From assembly GCF_001457595.1 (NCBI RefSeq), contig NZ_LN831039.1:4320001-4352000 (forward strand): 32,000 bases of DNA, read 5' to 3'. Under the pieces are notes generated by a model. It did no database searches. It was not told the origin of the DNA and was given only the letters and a program-made list of their open reading frames with translations. Below, piece by piece: positions 12,303 through 22,052 of this stretch. Every line of letters begins with the position of its first letter. The stretch's first letter is position 1. The stretch comes from Mycolicibacterium smegmatis. Lineage in GTDB: Bacteria; Actinomycetota; Actinomycetes; Mycobacteriales; Mycobacteriaceae. The position numbers and the translations under genes are program-made.

Positions 12303-12710
12303 TCATTCCTCGACCGTAACCGGGATGGGCTGGTAGCGGCCCGGCCCCGCACCCGGTCCGGATGTCGGCGGGGTTTCGTCGGGTCCGGGTCCCGGCCCGT
12401 CGTCGCCCGGTCCCGGGCCGGGACCGTCGGTGTCCCCTCCCGGACCCGTGTCGTCGAGCAGTGCGCGGATCACCGCGAGCAAAGCGACGCTGTGCTCGGC
12501 GATCACGCCCAGCAAAGGGTGCTCCTCGCCGTTTACGACGGCTGCCAGCGCACACACCGGACACCACACCTGCTGGCATCTGCCGGGACCCTGCGCCGCC
12601 GCGGCCGCGGCGCGCGCGGCGGCCATGCGCACGGCGGGGTCGAGCCGGTCGAGGATGGCCTGCGCGAGTTGACGAAGTTCCGGCCCGAGGTCGGGATGAG
12701 CCCCAGTCAT
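12303..12710 (-). CDS. Conserved hypothetical protein (Rv2183c-like) with a CxxxxCxxC cluster and Gly/Pro-rich tail
   Basis: ORF from ATG at 12710: MTGAHPDLGPELRQLAQAILDRLDPAVRMAAARAAAAAAQGPGRCQQVWCPVC...; overlaps the upstream gene by an ATGA junction at 12707-12710. Confidence 0.8.
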   Translation of the reverse strand: MTGAHPDLGPELRQLAQAILDRLDPAVRMAAARAAAAAAQGPGRCQQVWCPVCALAAVVNGEEHPLLGVIAEHSVALLAVIRALLDDTGPGGDTDGPGPGPGDDGPGPGPDETPPTSGPGAGPGRYQPIPVTVEE

Positions 12711-13984
12711 ACCGGCCACACCTCCGGATTCGGACGGAATCGCACCGTCAGCTGACTGCCCCGCAACGAGGCGTCCACGACGATGCACCGTCGCAGGACA
12801 GACGCCAACCGTACACGGCGCCGCATGGCGCCGACTCCGATGATCAAGTCGTCGTCGACCCGGCCCAGCGTCAGCGCGGCTGAATCGACCTGCGGCAACT
12901 CCAACCGCATCCGGTACACGGCTTCGAGTCCGGAACCGGATTCGCGGTCCACGATCGGCTTCAGCGGCCCTGGCGGGGGCGCGCCGTCGCGGCGCCGCGC
13001 TGCTTCGAGCAGCTCTGCGAGCGCCTTGGGCCCGATCGGCTCGCCCGCCAGGTGCGGCACCAGCACGAGCGACACGTCACCGATCGTGGCGTCGAGTTCG
13101 TCGAGCACGGCCTGCTGCTCGGAGATGCGCTCGGTGTACCAGTCGAATGCGGGATGCGCGGGCAAGTTGTGGTACTCGAACGAATCATCCTGAACCAAAA
13201 TCTGATTGACGAGCAGTTCGGCCACCTCGACACCCATGAGCGCGAGCGAGCCCAGTGTGCGGGCCGCCTCGGCCGCGACCACCCGCTCGGGGGTGAGCAC
13301 CAGGTGGGCGCTGACGCGCGAGCCGTCGGTGAGCAGCGAACCGACCCTGCGCAGGCCCGCGTCGATGCGCTCCATGAGCGCGACGATCGTCGCGGTGGCC
13401 GCGTCGACGGTGCCGGACAGGCGGCGGTGCCGGGGCCACGCGCGCTCCAGGTACAGACCGAACGTCTCGGGCAGGGTGAGCATGCGCAACGCGTCGGCGG
13501 TGGAGGCGCAGTCCACCACGACGTGATCCCACTGCCCCGACTCGGCGAGCTCGCCGACCTCGTAGAGACCCAGCACCTCCTGGATGCCCGGGAGAGCCGA
13601 GAGCTCTTCCGGTGCAACGCTTCCCAGATCGGATTCACCAAAACGTGCCGACAGCGTCTCGGCGACCTCCACCCACCGCGCCTCGAGCAGTGCGAGCGTG
13701 TCCAGGGCCAGGGCGTCGAGGAACCCGCCGGTCTCCGAACCGGTGTCCATGTCGGCGAGCACGCGCGTCGGCGCCCGCTCCCCCGTCGGCGCCAGCTCGA
13801 TGCCCAGTACGTCGCCCGTGGAATGCGCCTGGTCGGTCGACACGATGAGCACCCGCTGACCCGCCTGCGCGTCGCGCACCGCGGTGGCCGTCGCCAGCGT
13901 CGACTTACCGACACCGCCCTTGCCGACGAACAGGCTGATCCGGGCGGGTACCGACGGGCTCTCAGGCGGCGGGATCGGCGGCAC
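12707..13984 (-). CDS. ArsA/GET3-like anion-transporting P-loop ATPase (Rv2184c-like)
   Basis: ISLFVGKGGVGKSTLATATAV deviant Walker A; STDQAHSTGDVLG; GTG start directly following the TGA stop of the upstream gene. Confidence 0.9.
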   Translation of the reverse strand: MPPIPPPESPSVPARISLFVGKGGVGKSTLATATAVRDAQAGQRVLIVSTDQAHSTGDVLGIELAPTGERAPTRVLADMDTGSETGGFLDALALDTLALLEARWVEVAETLSARFGESDLGSVAPEELSALPGIQEVLGLYEVGELAESGQWDHVVVDCASTADALRMLTLPETFGLYLERAWPRHRRLSGTVDAATATIVALMERIDAGLRRVGSLLTDGSRVSAHLVLTPERVVAAEAARTLGSLALMGVEVAELLVNQILVQDDSFEYHNLPAHPAFDWYTERISEQQAVLDELDATIGDVSLVLVPHLAGEPIGPKALAELLEAARRRDGAPPPGPLKPIVDRESGSGLEAVYRMRLELPQVDSAALTLGRVDDDLIIGVGAMRRRVRLASVLRRCIVVDASLRGSQLTVRFRPNPEVWPV

Positions 13985-14428
13985 TCACCGCACCTCGGCC
14001 CGCTTCTTGAGGTCCTTGAGCGCGGTGTCGGTGAGCCTGCGCTCGGCCTTGCGTTTGAGCAGTCCGATCATCGGGACGACCAGATCCACCGAGAGCTCAT
14101 AGGTCACCTCGGTGCCGGATCCCTTGGGCGACAGCCGATAAGCCCCGTTGAGCGAGCGCAACAGCGAACTCGACACCAGAGACCAGGTCACCGAGGTCCG
14201 ATCGGGCGGCCACACGTACTCCAGCACCATCGTGTCCTTGAGGACCGCGGCGTCGAGCACCAGCCGGGCCTTCTTGGGATTGCCGTTGACATCGACCTCG
14301 AGCACCTCGGTCTCCTTGTACTCGGCAACCCACTCCGGATACGAACCGATGTCGGCGATGACATCCATCACCGTCTTCGGATCGGCTTCGATGTAGATGG
14401 TCTGCGCAGTTTTGTCCGCCACCTGCAC
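13985..14428 (-). CDS. SRPBCC/polyketide cyclase-like protein (Rv2185c-like)
   Basis: ADKTAQTIYIEADPKTVMDVIADIGSYPEWVAEYKETEV is typical of START/SRPBCC proteins. Confidence 0.9.
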   Translation of the reverse strand: MQVADKTAQTIYIEADPKTVMDVIADIGSYPEWVAEYKETEVLEVDVNGNPKKARLVLDAAVLKDTMVLEYVWPPDRTSVTWSLVSSSLLRSLNGAYRLSPKGSGTEVTYELSVDLVVPMIGLLKRKAERRLTDTALKDLKKRAEVR

Positions 14429-14515
14429 GCCCTTCTCCCCCGTTGCGCCGGAGGTACACGACCTGTCCTGGGCCCTACCGGGAAATCTACCCTCCCGTAA
14501 CGAACTCGACCCGTC

Positions 14516-14905
14516 TCAGGCCCGCGGCGACACTCCGACGGGCCTTCCGGCCTCCAGCCGCTGCTTGATCTCGAAGGACATCACCTTGCCCGCGACGCGG
14601 CGCCGGTGGTTCATCTTCGCCATATCCATACGTGCCAACGCCCTGGCGGTGACGGCCGACGGCTCGGCATGCAGGAAGTAGTGCAGGATCACGCCGTCGA
14701 GGACCTCCTCGAGCCAGATCTCCATGGTCCCGGTCAACGCGCCGGTCACGGTCCAGCGGTGCCCTTTTTCCGCGCGGTCCTCCACGACGGTCAGCCGCAG
14801 GTCCGGCCACCACCGGCGCCAACTCGCGGTGTCGGCCACCGCCGCGCCGACCGCGGCCGGATCGGCGGCGATGAAGGTCTCGTCGGCGATCTGAATGCTG
14901 TTCAT
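14516..14905 (-). CDS. SRPBCC-like conserved protein (Rv2186c-like)
   Basis: ORF from ATG at 14905: MNSIQIADETFIAADPAAVGAAVADTASWRRWWPDLRLTVVEDR... Confidence 0.85.
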   Translation of the reverse strand: MNSIQIADETFIAADPAAVGAAVADTASWRRWWPDLRLTVVEDRAEKGHRWTVTGALTGTMEIWLEEVLDGVILHYFLHAEPSAVTARALARMDMAKMNHRRRVAGKVMSFEIKQRLEAGRPVGVSPRA

Positions 14906-14996
14906 CGCGAATAGCTTCACACATGCGCCGCCATTGGCCCATAGCGGCCGACTAGGCTGACCGCAAAGCACCGAGCAAAAGCCTGGAGGGCAGACA

Positions 14997-16796
14997 GTGC
15001 GTGAGGACAGCATTCCCGCATCGTTCACCGTCGGCGAGTACGACAACGTGGCCGGCTGCGTATACGCCCACGAGACCGACGACCCGGACCACGTGATCCT
15101 GCGCCGCCTGGTGGACGGGACGTGGACCGATGTGACCTGCGCACAGGCCGCCGCCCAGATCCGTTCGGCGGCTTTGGGTTTGATCGCCGAAGGCATTCAG
15201 CCCGGCGACCGGGTGGCCATCCTGTCGGCCACCCGCTACGAGTGGCCGATCATCGACTTCGCGATCCTGTCCATCGGCGCGGTGACCGTCCCGATCTACG
15301 AGACCTCGGCCGCTGAGCAGGTGCGTTTCGTGCTCGAGAACTCCGAGTCGGTCCTCGTGTTCGCCGAGACCGATGCCCATGCCGACAAGGTCGAGCAACT
15401 CAGGGATCAGTTGCCCGCACTGCGCAAGGTGTTCCGCATCGACGGCTCCGGCACCCCGGCTCTCGACGCACTCGCCGAGGCGGGCAAGGACGTCGACCCG
15501 GCTGAACTGGACAAGCGCCTGGCCAACATCAAGTCGTCTGATCCGGCCACGCTGATCTACACCTCGGGCACCACCGGCCAGCCCAAGGGCTGCCAGCTCA
15601 CGCATTCGAACCTGCTTTACGAGATCCGCGGGCAGAAGGAGTGCTTCCCCGATCACCTGGCCAAGGGTGAGCGGATCCTGGTGTTCCTTCCGCTGGCGCA
15701 CGTGCTGGCCCGCGCCATCACGATCGGCGCGTTCGCCAACAAGGTCACGCTCGGCTTCACCAGCGACATCAAGAACCTGGTCCCGATGTTCGGGGTGTTC
15801 AAGCCGACGCTGGTGATCTCGGTCCCGCGCGTGTTCGAGAAGGTCTACAACACCGCCGAGCAGAATGCCCGCAACGACGGCAAGGGCAAGATCTTCGAGA
15901 TCGCCGCCGAGACCGCCATCGAGTTCAGCAAGGCCCAGGACAAGGGCGGCCCAGGCCTGCTGCTGCGCGTCAAGCACGCGGTGTTCGACAAGCTGGTCTA
16001 CGGCAAGCTGCGCGCCGCGCTGGGCGGCGAGTGCCACGCCGCGATCTCCGGCGGCGCGCCGCTGGGCGAACGGCTCGGCCACTTCTACCGCGGTGTCGGC
16101 CTGAGCATCTACGAGGGTTACGGGCTCACCGAGACCAGCGCCGCGATCACCGTGAACCGGCTCAACGACCTCAAGGTCGGATCGGTCGGAAGGCTCGTCC
16201 CCGGCAACAGCATGCGCATCGCCGACGACGGCGAGCTGCTGGTCAAGGGCGGCGTGGTGTTCAACGGCTACTGGAAGAACGAGGACGAGACCAAGGCCGT
16301 GATCGACGCCGACGGCTGGTTCCACACCGGTGACCTCGGCGCCATCGACGACAACGGGTTCCTCACCATCGTCGGCCGCAAGAAGGAGATCATCGTGACC
16401 GCGGGCGGCAAGAACGTCGCCCCCGCACTGCTCGAAGACCGGCTGCGCGCGCACCCGCTGATCAGCCAGGCCATGGCAGTCGGCGACAAACAGCCGTTCA
16501 TCGCCGCGCTCATCACGATCGACCCCGAGGCGTTCCCCGCCTGGAAGGAACGCAACGCCAAGAGCGCGAGCGCCACAGTGGCCGAATTGGCCGAGGACCC
16601 GGACCTGATCGCCGAGATCAACCTCGCGGTCAAGGAGGCCAATCAGGCCGTCTCCAACGCCGAGGCGATCCGCAAGTTCCGCATCCTGCCGGTCGACTTC
16701 ACCGAGGACACCGGAGAACTCACCCCGACGCTGAAGGTCAAGCGCAAGGTGGTGGCCGAGAAGTTCGCCACCGACATCGCGGCGCTCTACGCCTGA
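14997..16796 (+). CDS. fadD15: Long-chain fatty-acid-CoA ligase FadD15
   Basis: AMP-binding motif [67 protein letters not shown]; GTG start with GGAGGG RBS. Confidence 0.95.
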   Translation: MREDSIPASFTVGEYDNVAGCVYAHETDDPDHVILRRLVDGTWTDVTCAQAAAQIRSAALGLIAEGIQPGDRVAILSATRYEWPIIDFAILSIGAVTVPIYETSAAEQVRFVLENSESVLVFAETDAHADKVEQLRDQLPALRKVFRIDGSGTPALDALAEAGKDVDPAELDKRLANIKSSDPATLIYTSGTTGQPKGCQLTHSNLLYEIRGQKECFPDHLAKGERILVFLPLAHVLARAITIGAFANKVTLGFTSDIKNLVPMFGVFKPTLVISVPRVFEKVYNTAEQNARNDGKGKIFEIAAETAIEFSKAQDKGGPGLLLRVKHAVFDKLVYGKLRAALGGECHAAISGGAPLGERLGHFYRGVGLSIYEGYGLTETSAAITVNRLNDLKVGSVGRLVPGNSMRIADDGELLVKGGVVFNGYWKNEDETKAVIDADGWFHTGDLGAIDDNGFLTIVGRKKEIIVTAGGKNVAPALLEDRLRAHPLISQAMAVGDKQPFIAALITIDPEAFPAWKERNAKSASATVAELAEDPDLIAEINLAVKEANQAVSNAEAIRKFRILPVDFTEDTGELTPTLKVKRKVVAEKFATDIAALYA

Positions 16797-17944
16797 CGCG
16801 CCTCGCGTCGGCCCGAGAGCAGTTCGGCGAGGCGGGCGCCCCGCGTCCGCCACTGCCAGTTGTCCAGCGCCCAGTGCCTGCCCGCGACGCCCATCGCGGC
16901 CGCGCGGCGCGGATCGGCGAGCAGATCGCCGACGGCCGTGGTGATCGCGTCGACATCGGTTCCGTCGACGACAGTTCCGGTCTTGCCGTCCAGCACGGTC
17001 TCGGGTGCGCCGCCGGACCGCCCCGCCACCACCGGCACGCCGCATGCCGAGGCCTCCAGGTAGACGATCCCGAGGCCCTCGACGTCCAGACCGGCGCCGC
17101 GCGTGCGGCACGGCATCGCGAACACGTCGGCCATCGCGTGGTGTGCGGGTAGCTCCTCGGCGGGGATTCCGCGCGTGAACACGACGTGCTCGGCCACGCC
17201 CAGGTCGGACGCCATGCGCTGCAACGTCTCCAGGTACGGTCCGCCGCCCACGATGGCCAGCGCGGTGTCGGGCACCCGCCTGCGCAGTTCGGGCAGCGCC
17301 CGGATCAGCATGTCTTGCCCCTTGCGCGGTACGAGCCGCGAAAGGCACACCACCACCGGCCGGTCCCCCAGGCCGTAGCGTTCGCGCATCCGCGCGCGGG
17401 CGTCCGGGTCGGGCGCGAACCGGTCGGTGTCGACGCCGGGCGGCAGGTGCTCCAGCGCCGCGGACGGGCCGAAGGCCGACGCGAAGCGGCTGCGCGTGTA
17501 GCGGCTGACGAACGTCACCACGTCGGCGTCGTTGCCGATTCGGCGCAGTGCGGTGCGCGCGACGGGCAGCATCGACCAGCCGACCTCGTGCCCGTGGGTG
17601 GACGCCACGATGCGTCTGGCCCCGGCCCGGCGGGCCAGCGGTCCCAGCAGCGCGAGCGGCGCCGCGGCACCGAACCACACGGTCTCGATGTCGTGCTCGC
17701 CGATGAGCCGCTTCATGCGGGATGCGACCGTCGGCTCGGGCAGCATGAGCGTCGTCGGATGGCGTACGACGCGGTAGCCGCTCCGGGCGGCCTTCTCGTC
17801 GTACTCTTCAGCACCCTTCCACTTGGGCGCGTACACCGTGAGCTCGTGGGTGCGGACCAGTTCGCCGACGAAAGCCTCCAGATACGACTGGATCCCGCCG
17901 CGTCGCGGTGGAAAGTCGTTGGTGACCAACAACACCCGGGTCAT
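16787..17944 (-). CDS. pimB: GT4 alpha-mannosyltransferase PimB' (Rv2188c-like)
   Basis: [55 protein letters not shown]. Confidence 0.92.
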   Translation of the reverse strand: MTRVLLVTNDFPPRRGGIQSYLEAFVGELVRTHELTVYAPKWKGAEEYDEKAARSGYRVVRHPTTLMLPEPTVASRMKRLIGEHDIETVWFGAAAPLALLGPLARRAGARRIVASTHGHEVGWSMLPVARTALRRIGNDADVVTFVSRYTRSRFASAFGPSAALEHLPPGVDTDRFAPDPDARARMRERYGLGDRPVVVCLSRLVPRKGQDMLIRALPELRRRVPDTALAIVGGGPYLETLQRMASDLGVAEHVVFTRGIPAEELPAHHAMADVFAMPCRTRGAGLDVEGLGIVYLEASACGVPVVAGRSGGAPETVLDGKTGTVVDGTDVDAITTAVGDLLADPRRAAAMGVAGRHWALDNWQWRTRGARLAELLSGRREARQA

Positions 17945-17975
17945 CGCACGGTCTCTTTACCCATCGGCGATCAGG

Positions 17976-18884
17976 CTAGCCGCTCATCCAGCGCCGCCAC
18001 CCGTCGACCACCGCGTCGAGTTCGGCGCCCAGACTGGTCCGCACCGCGGTCGCGATGTCCGGATGGTCGAAGCCGCAGGCCCGCACGTACAGGTCACGCA
18101 GTTTTGCGGGCCCGTACGCGTCGGCCACGTAGCGGGTGAACCACCAGGCCCGGTCGTACGCCGTCGAACGGGTCGAGCCGGGCGTGTCGAGATCGGCGTC
18201 GGTGGGCAGCCTCGCGAGCATCTGCGCAGCCTGTGGCCCCGGCCGCGGCGCGTCGGGCCGCGCCACGTAGTCGGCAACCCCCTCGGTGAGCCAGCGGGGC
18301 GCGTCGTACGCCGTGACCGACCGGGCCGCGTAGTGGAACAGTTCGTGTCGCAGGACGATCCGCAACGCGGCCGGGCTCATGGTCGCCGCGCCGGGGGCGA
18401 AGACGATGCGGTCGGCCGTGGTGATCGCGGCGATGTCGGCGCCCACACCGCCGAGCACGCGGAACTGCTCGGGCGTGCCTGCCACGGCGATGTCGATCTC
18501 CCGCGGCCAGTCCGGACCCCAGAACGCGGTCACGGCGTCGGCCGCGCCGAGTAGCTCGTCGCGGATGCGGTCGAGCAGCACGTCGGTCTGTGGTCCGCCG
18601 AGGGTCAACAGGCGTGCGGTACGGCCGTCGGGCAGCGTGAATGTCTGCACGGGCGCGGCGTCGGCCGGTGCACTCGTCGCGCTCACGGGCGGGTGGGGTT
18701 GCTGCCCGGCACTCGGCGGGTTCGACGCGGTGCCGAGCAGGGCGACCGCCAGGCCGAGTTCGACCAGCAGCACAAGCCCGAGGATCCGTGTCGGTATACG
18801 CCTCAGAAGCCGCGCGGGAAACGCATGCCGGCCACGGCCGGGATCACTGGGATCAGTAACGGCGGACGTTGTAGATGGGCGCAT
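17976..18884 (-). CDS. Secreted/membrane-anchored HExxH protein, predicted zinc-metallopeptidase-like (Rv2189c position)
   Basis: N-terminal TM segment, LRHELFHYAAR (HExxH) followed by WLTEGVADYVA; start codon uncertain (18884 or 18857). Confidence 0.75.
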   Translation of the reverse strand: MRPSTTSAVTDPSDPGRGRHAFPARLLRRIPTRILGLVLLVELGLAVALLGTASNPPSAGQQPHPPVSATSAPADAAPVQTFTLPDGRTARLLTLGGPQTDVLLDRIRDELLGAADAVTAFWGPDWPREIDIAVAGTPEQFRVLGGVGADIAAITTADRIVFAPGAATMSPAALRIVLRHELFHYAARSVTAYDAPRWLTEGVADYVARPDAPRPGPQAAQMLARLPTDADLDTPGSTRSTAYDRAWWFTRYVADAYGPAKLRDLYVRACGFDHPDIATAVRTSLGAELDAVVDGWRRWMSG

Positions 18885-19998
18885 TGTTGACCGGGGCGAC
18901 CCGAACCGGGGAGCCGTAGGTCGACGCGTGCACCATCATTCCGTCTCCGATGTAGATACCGACGTGCGATGCGTCCGAGTAATAGGTCACCAGGTCGCCC
19001 GGCTGGATGTTGTCCATCGAGACGGGCTGGCCTCCGCGTGCCAGCGCCTGGCTGGAGTGCGGCAGCGAGATGCCCGCTTGCTGGAACGACCACATCACCA
19101 GACCCGAGCAGTCGAAGGCGTTGGGGCCGGAGCCACCCCACGAGTACGGCGAGCCGATGCGGCTGAGCGCCGCCTGGATCACCGTGTTGGACACCGGGCT
19201 CGGTCCGCCCGGGATCGCCGCGTCCGGCGGAGCGATGTCGCCCGGCGGGATGCCCTCGGGCGGAGCTGCGATCACGCCGGGATCGTTGGCCGGTGGCAAC
19301 GCATCCGGGCCGGGCGCCGGCGGCGCGGCGGGAGGCGGCGGCGCGGTCGCGAGCGCCTCGCGCTGCTGTGGTGTGAGCGCCTCGTACTGCGACTTGACGA
19401 TGGCGATCTGCACCTGCAGCTGACTTTGCTTGGATTGCAGTTCGGCGCGCACTGCGGCAGCCTGCTCGGCCGCGGTCTTGGCTTCGGCGGCCGATTTTGC
19501 CGATGCCTGCTCTGCTGCGGCGGCCTTTTCGCCCACCGAGCGGAAGTTCTGCATCTGCGTGGCCATCTCGGTGGCCATCACCCGCTGCACCGCGAGCTGG
19601 TCGATCAGCTGCTGCGGGGAGTCGGCCGTGAGGATCGCGTCGACGCCGGAGGTGCGACCACCCATGTACTGCGCTGCAGCAACACGGTTCACCGAAGCCT
19701 GGAACGTTGCCAGCTGCGCGCGCGCCTGCTCGGCGGCTGCCGCGTCTTCGGAGTGCTTCTTCTCGGCCGCCTGCTGCGCTGCCAGCTTGTTGTCCAGGTC
19801 GAGCTGCGCCGAGTGCATGGCCTCGGTGGTCTGCTCAGCCTGCCGGGACAGCTCGTTGAGCTTTGCCAGCGCGTCGTCGGCGGGGTCGGCCTGCACACTT
19901 CCCGCGAGAAGACCAGCGCCTAACGCCAGACTCGCTATCGCACCTGCTATGGGTCGCTTGAAACGACTTGTGGGCCGATGCGCGCGAGCGTGCCTCAA
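18853..19998 (-). CDS. ripC: NlpC/P60 peptidoglycan endopeptidase RipC
   Basis: Signal peptide, long coiled-coil, Ala/Pro linker, then GSGPNAFDCSGLVMWSFQQAG and DASHVGIYIGDGMMVHA catalytic Cys/His blocks. Confidence 0.92.
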   Translation of the reverse strand: MRHARAHRPTSRFKRPIAGAIASLALGAGLLAGSVQADPADDALAKLNELSRQAEQTTEAMHSAQLDLDNKLAAQQAAEKKHSEDAAAAEQARAQLATFQASVNRVAAAQYMGGRTSGVDAILTADSPQQLIDQLAVQRVMATEMATQMQNFRSVGEKAAAAEQASAKSAAEAKTAAEQAAAVRAELQSKQSQLQVQIAIVKSQYEALTPQQREALATAPPPPAAPPAPGPDALPPANDPGVIAAPPEGIPPGDIAPPDAAIPGGPSPVSNTVIQAALSRIGSPYSWGGSGPNAFDCSGLVMWSFQQAGISLPHSSQALARGGQPVSMDNIQPGDLVTYYSDASHVGIYIGDGMMVHASTYGSPVRVAPVNNAPIYNVRRY

Positions 19999-20151
19999 GT
20001 TTTCGTCCTCACAACTGGTGTCAGCGAGCCGCTTCGAAGCTGCTATTTGGTCTCGGATAGGTTACGAAACGGCATCGGGGTTGTCCAACAGGAGATGCAA
20101 ATTTAACAGGGGCTCCTGGAATTTTCCTGTGGCAGAACGGTTGCGTGTCGT

Positions 20152-20532
20152 TCAGGCAACTCCCGGCTCACCCTTGCGGTGGATCGGCACGAGACGCAAG
20201 CGCGGTGCAAGGCCTGCTTCCGCAAGGACTTCCAGCGCCCGGCGTTCGTCGTCCAGCAACTTTCCCGGCACACCCAGCAACACACTCACGACACAGTCCT
20301 GACAGCCCGCACCGCGTACCGCGCAGTCGTCACAGTCGATGGTCACACTACCGGTCTCGGGTGCCTGCTCGACCATGGCGTCCCAGTCGTCGCAGTACTC
20401 CCTGACTTCCTGTGAGACGGGACCTGCTTTGTCCCAGTCGTTGTCCCGTTCGTTGTCCCAGTGGTTGTCCCGGTCGTCGCGCCAGCCGTCCCGGTCATCC
20501 CAACCGGGCAGCCTCTGCTGCATTCCACTCAT
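20152..20532 (-). CDS. Small conserved-type hypothetical protein with Asp/Trp/Arg-rich N-terminus and CDDC-x6-CxxC motif
   Basis: ORF from ATG at 20532: MSGMQQRLPGWDDRDGWRDDRDNHWDNERDNDWDKAGP...TIDCDDCAVRGAGCQDCVVSVLLG. Confidence 0.75.
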   Translation of the reverse strand: MSGMQQRLPGWDDRDGWRDDRDNHWDNERDNDWDKAGPVSQEVREYCDDWDAMVEQAPETGSVTIDCDDCAVRGAGCQDCVVSVLLGVPGKLLDDERRALEVLAEAGLAPRLRLVPIHRKGEPGVA

Positions 20533-20682
20533 CCTTGACCGTCCTCTCGATCGGTGTTTGCGCGACCGTATCGCCGGCCACCGACATTGATGTTGTTCAG
20601 CCGATCGCGGTTGACAATGAGGCAGCCCGTCCGCTGCTGGTGGTGACCCTCGCACTGACTGACGCCCTACTGGGTTGTCCTT

Positions 20683-20852
20683 GACTTGATCTGTCCCACC
20701 AGTGGCGGGTGGGTTGCTCCATAAGCTCCCGGTAGAGCGGACATGACCTAATCAGGAGCCTGGCAGTTCCCTCTTCAATGTCTTGTCTGCCCGCCCTACC
20801 AGGGTGTCACACCGCAACCGCCGGTGAACACCGGCAGAAGGGCACCACCATC
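20683..20852 (+). ncRNA. Candidate bridge RNA (IS110-family guide RNA) region
   Basis: Non-coding left end 5' of an IS110-group transposase, where bridge RNAs are encoded in this family; contains stem CCCACC-N7-GGTGGG (20695-20713) and palindrome CCGGTGAACACCGG (20821-20834). Inference by family position only. Confidence 0.35.
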
Positions 20853-22052
20853 GTGACACCGTCACAGATCGTCGTCATCGGCGCCGATACTCACCTCGAC
20901 ACCATCCACCTTGCCGCTTTGTCTGAGACGGGCAAACCTCTCGGCGATGCTGAGTTTCCCACCCGCCCATCGGGTTACTACGTTGCGGTCAAATGGGCGC
21001 AGAGCTTCGGCACGGTCACCCTTGCTGGGGTGGAAGGCACCAATTCCTATGGGGCCGGCCTGACCCGGGCGCTGCAAGACGGCGGCATCGACGTCGTCGA
21101 GGTCAACCGGCCCGACCGCGCTGCGCGCCGACGCCGCGGCAAGTCCGACCCACTGGATGCCTACGCCGCAGCCCGCACGGCGTTGTCCGGGCACGGACTG
21201 GCTGCCCCTAAAGACGAACGCACCCTAGCCCTCAGTGCGCTGCTGACCGCCCGCCGAGGCGCTGTTAAGGCCCACACCGCTGCCACCAATCAGATTCAAT
21301 CGCTGTTGGTAACTGCACCATCTGAACTGCGGGAATGCTACCGCCGCTACACCACCAGAGGCCTGGTCAAAGAACTGGCTCGCTGTCGTCCCACCGCTCA
21401 CACCGACCCCACCGCCGTCGCCGTGCTCACCGCGTTGAAGGCCCTCGCCTACCGTGCGCAGTTCCTCCATCACCAAGAACACGAACTTACCGAGCAGATC
21501 CACACCCTGACCCAGCAGATGAACCCCGGACTGCGCGCCGCGCACGGTGTCGGACCCGACACCGCCGCCGCATTGCTGATCACCGCCGGCATGAACCCGC
21601 ACCGACTGCGCAGCGAAGCCGCCTTCGCCGCCCTATGCGGCGCAGCGCCTGTGCCCGCCTCTTCGGGTAAGACCACCCGCCACCGACTCTCCCGCGGTGG
21701 CGACCGCACAGCAAACAACGCGCTCTACCGAATCGCGTTGGTTCGAATGTCCAACGATCCCCGCACCCGTGACTACGTAGCCCGTCAAACGGCCAACGGT
21801 CGCAGCAAGATCGAGATCATCCGACTGCTCAAACGCGCCGTTGCCCGTGAAGTCTTCCGCCTGCTCAGCCAACCCTGCGCCATCGACGACTACAGCGACC
21901 TTCGACCCGCCCGGCAAGCGAAGAACATCACCTTGACCACCGTCGCCAACCACCTCGACGTCTGGCCCAACGACATCTCCCGCCTCGAACGCGGACTCAA
22001 ACGCGACGACACCCTCGCCGCCAACTACCGCGAGTACCTCAGCGCCGCTTGA
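20853..22052 (+). CDS. IS110-family transposase (DEDD N-terminal domain plus Transposase_20 C-terminal domain)
   Basis: GTG start: [23 protein letters not shown]..., [73 protein letters not shown]; no internal stops. Confidence 0.93.
   Translation: MTPSQIVVIGADTHLDTIHLAALSETGKPLGDAEFPTRPSGYYVAVKWAQSFGTVTLAGVEGTNSYGAGLTRALQDGGIDVVEVNRPDRAARRRRGKSDPLDAYAAARTALSGHGLAAPKDERTLALSALLTARRGAVKAHTAATNQIQSLLVTAPSELRECYRRYTTRGLVKELARCRPTAHTDPTAVAVLTALKALAYRAQFLHHQEHELTEQIHTLTQQMNPGLRAAHGVGPDTAAALLITAGMNPHRLRSEAAFAALCGAAPVPASSGKTTRHRLSRGGDRTANNALYRIALVRMSNDPRTRDYVARQTANGRSKIEIIRLLKRAVAREVFRLLSQPCAIDDYSDLRPARQAKNITLTTVANHLDVWPNDISRLERGLKRDDTLAANYREYLSAA

Noticed and set aside
14952-17678. 908-aa minus-strand ORF opposite fadD15 and pimB' region
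   Set aside because: Compositional shadow ORF; lacks recognisable motifs and overlaps well-supported FadD15 and PimB' coding sequence.
19999-20151. Possible riboswitch (c-di-AMP ydaO type) in the ripC leader
   Set aside because: Some cell-wall hydrolase genes carry this riboswitch, but I could not match its conserved core in the minus-strand leader; covariance search would be needed.
20441-20507. Short tandem repeats suspected as a CRISPR-like array
   Set aside because: Degenerate 12-bp units with no spacers; they encode the acidic N-terminus of the small protein.
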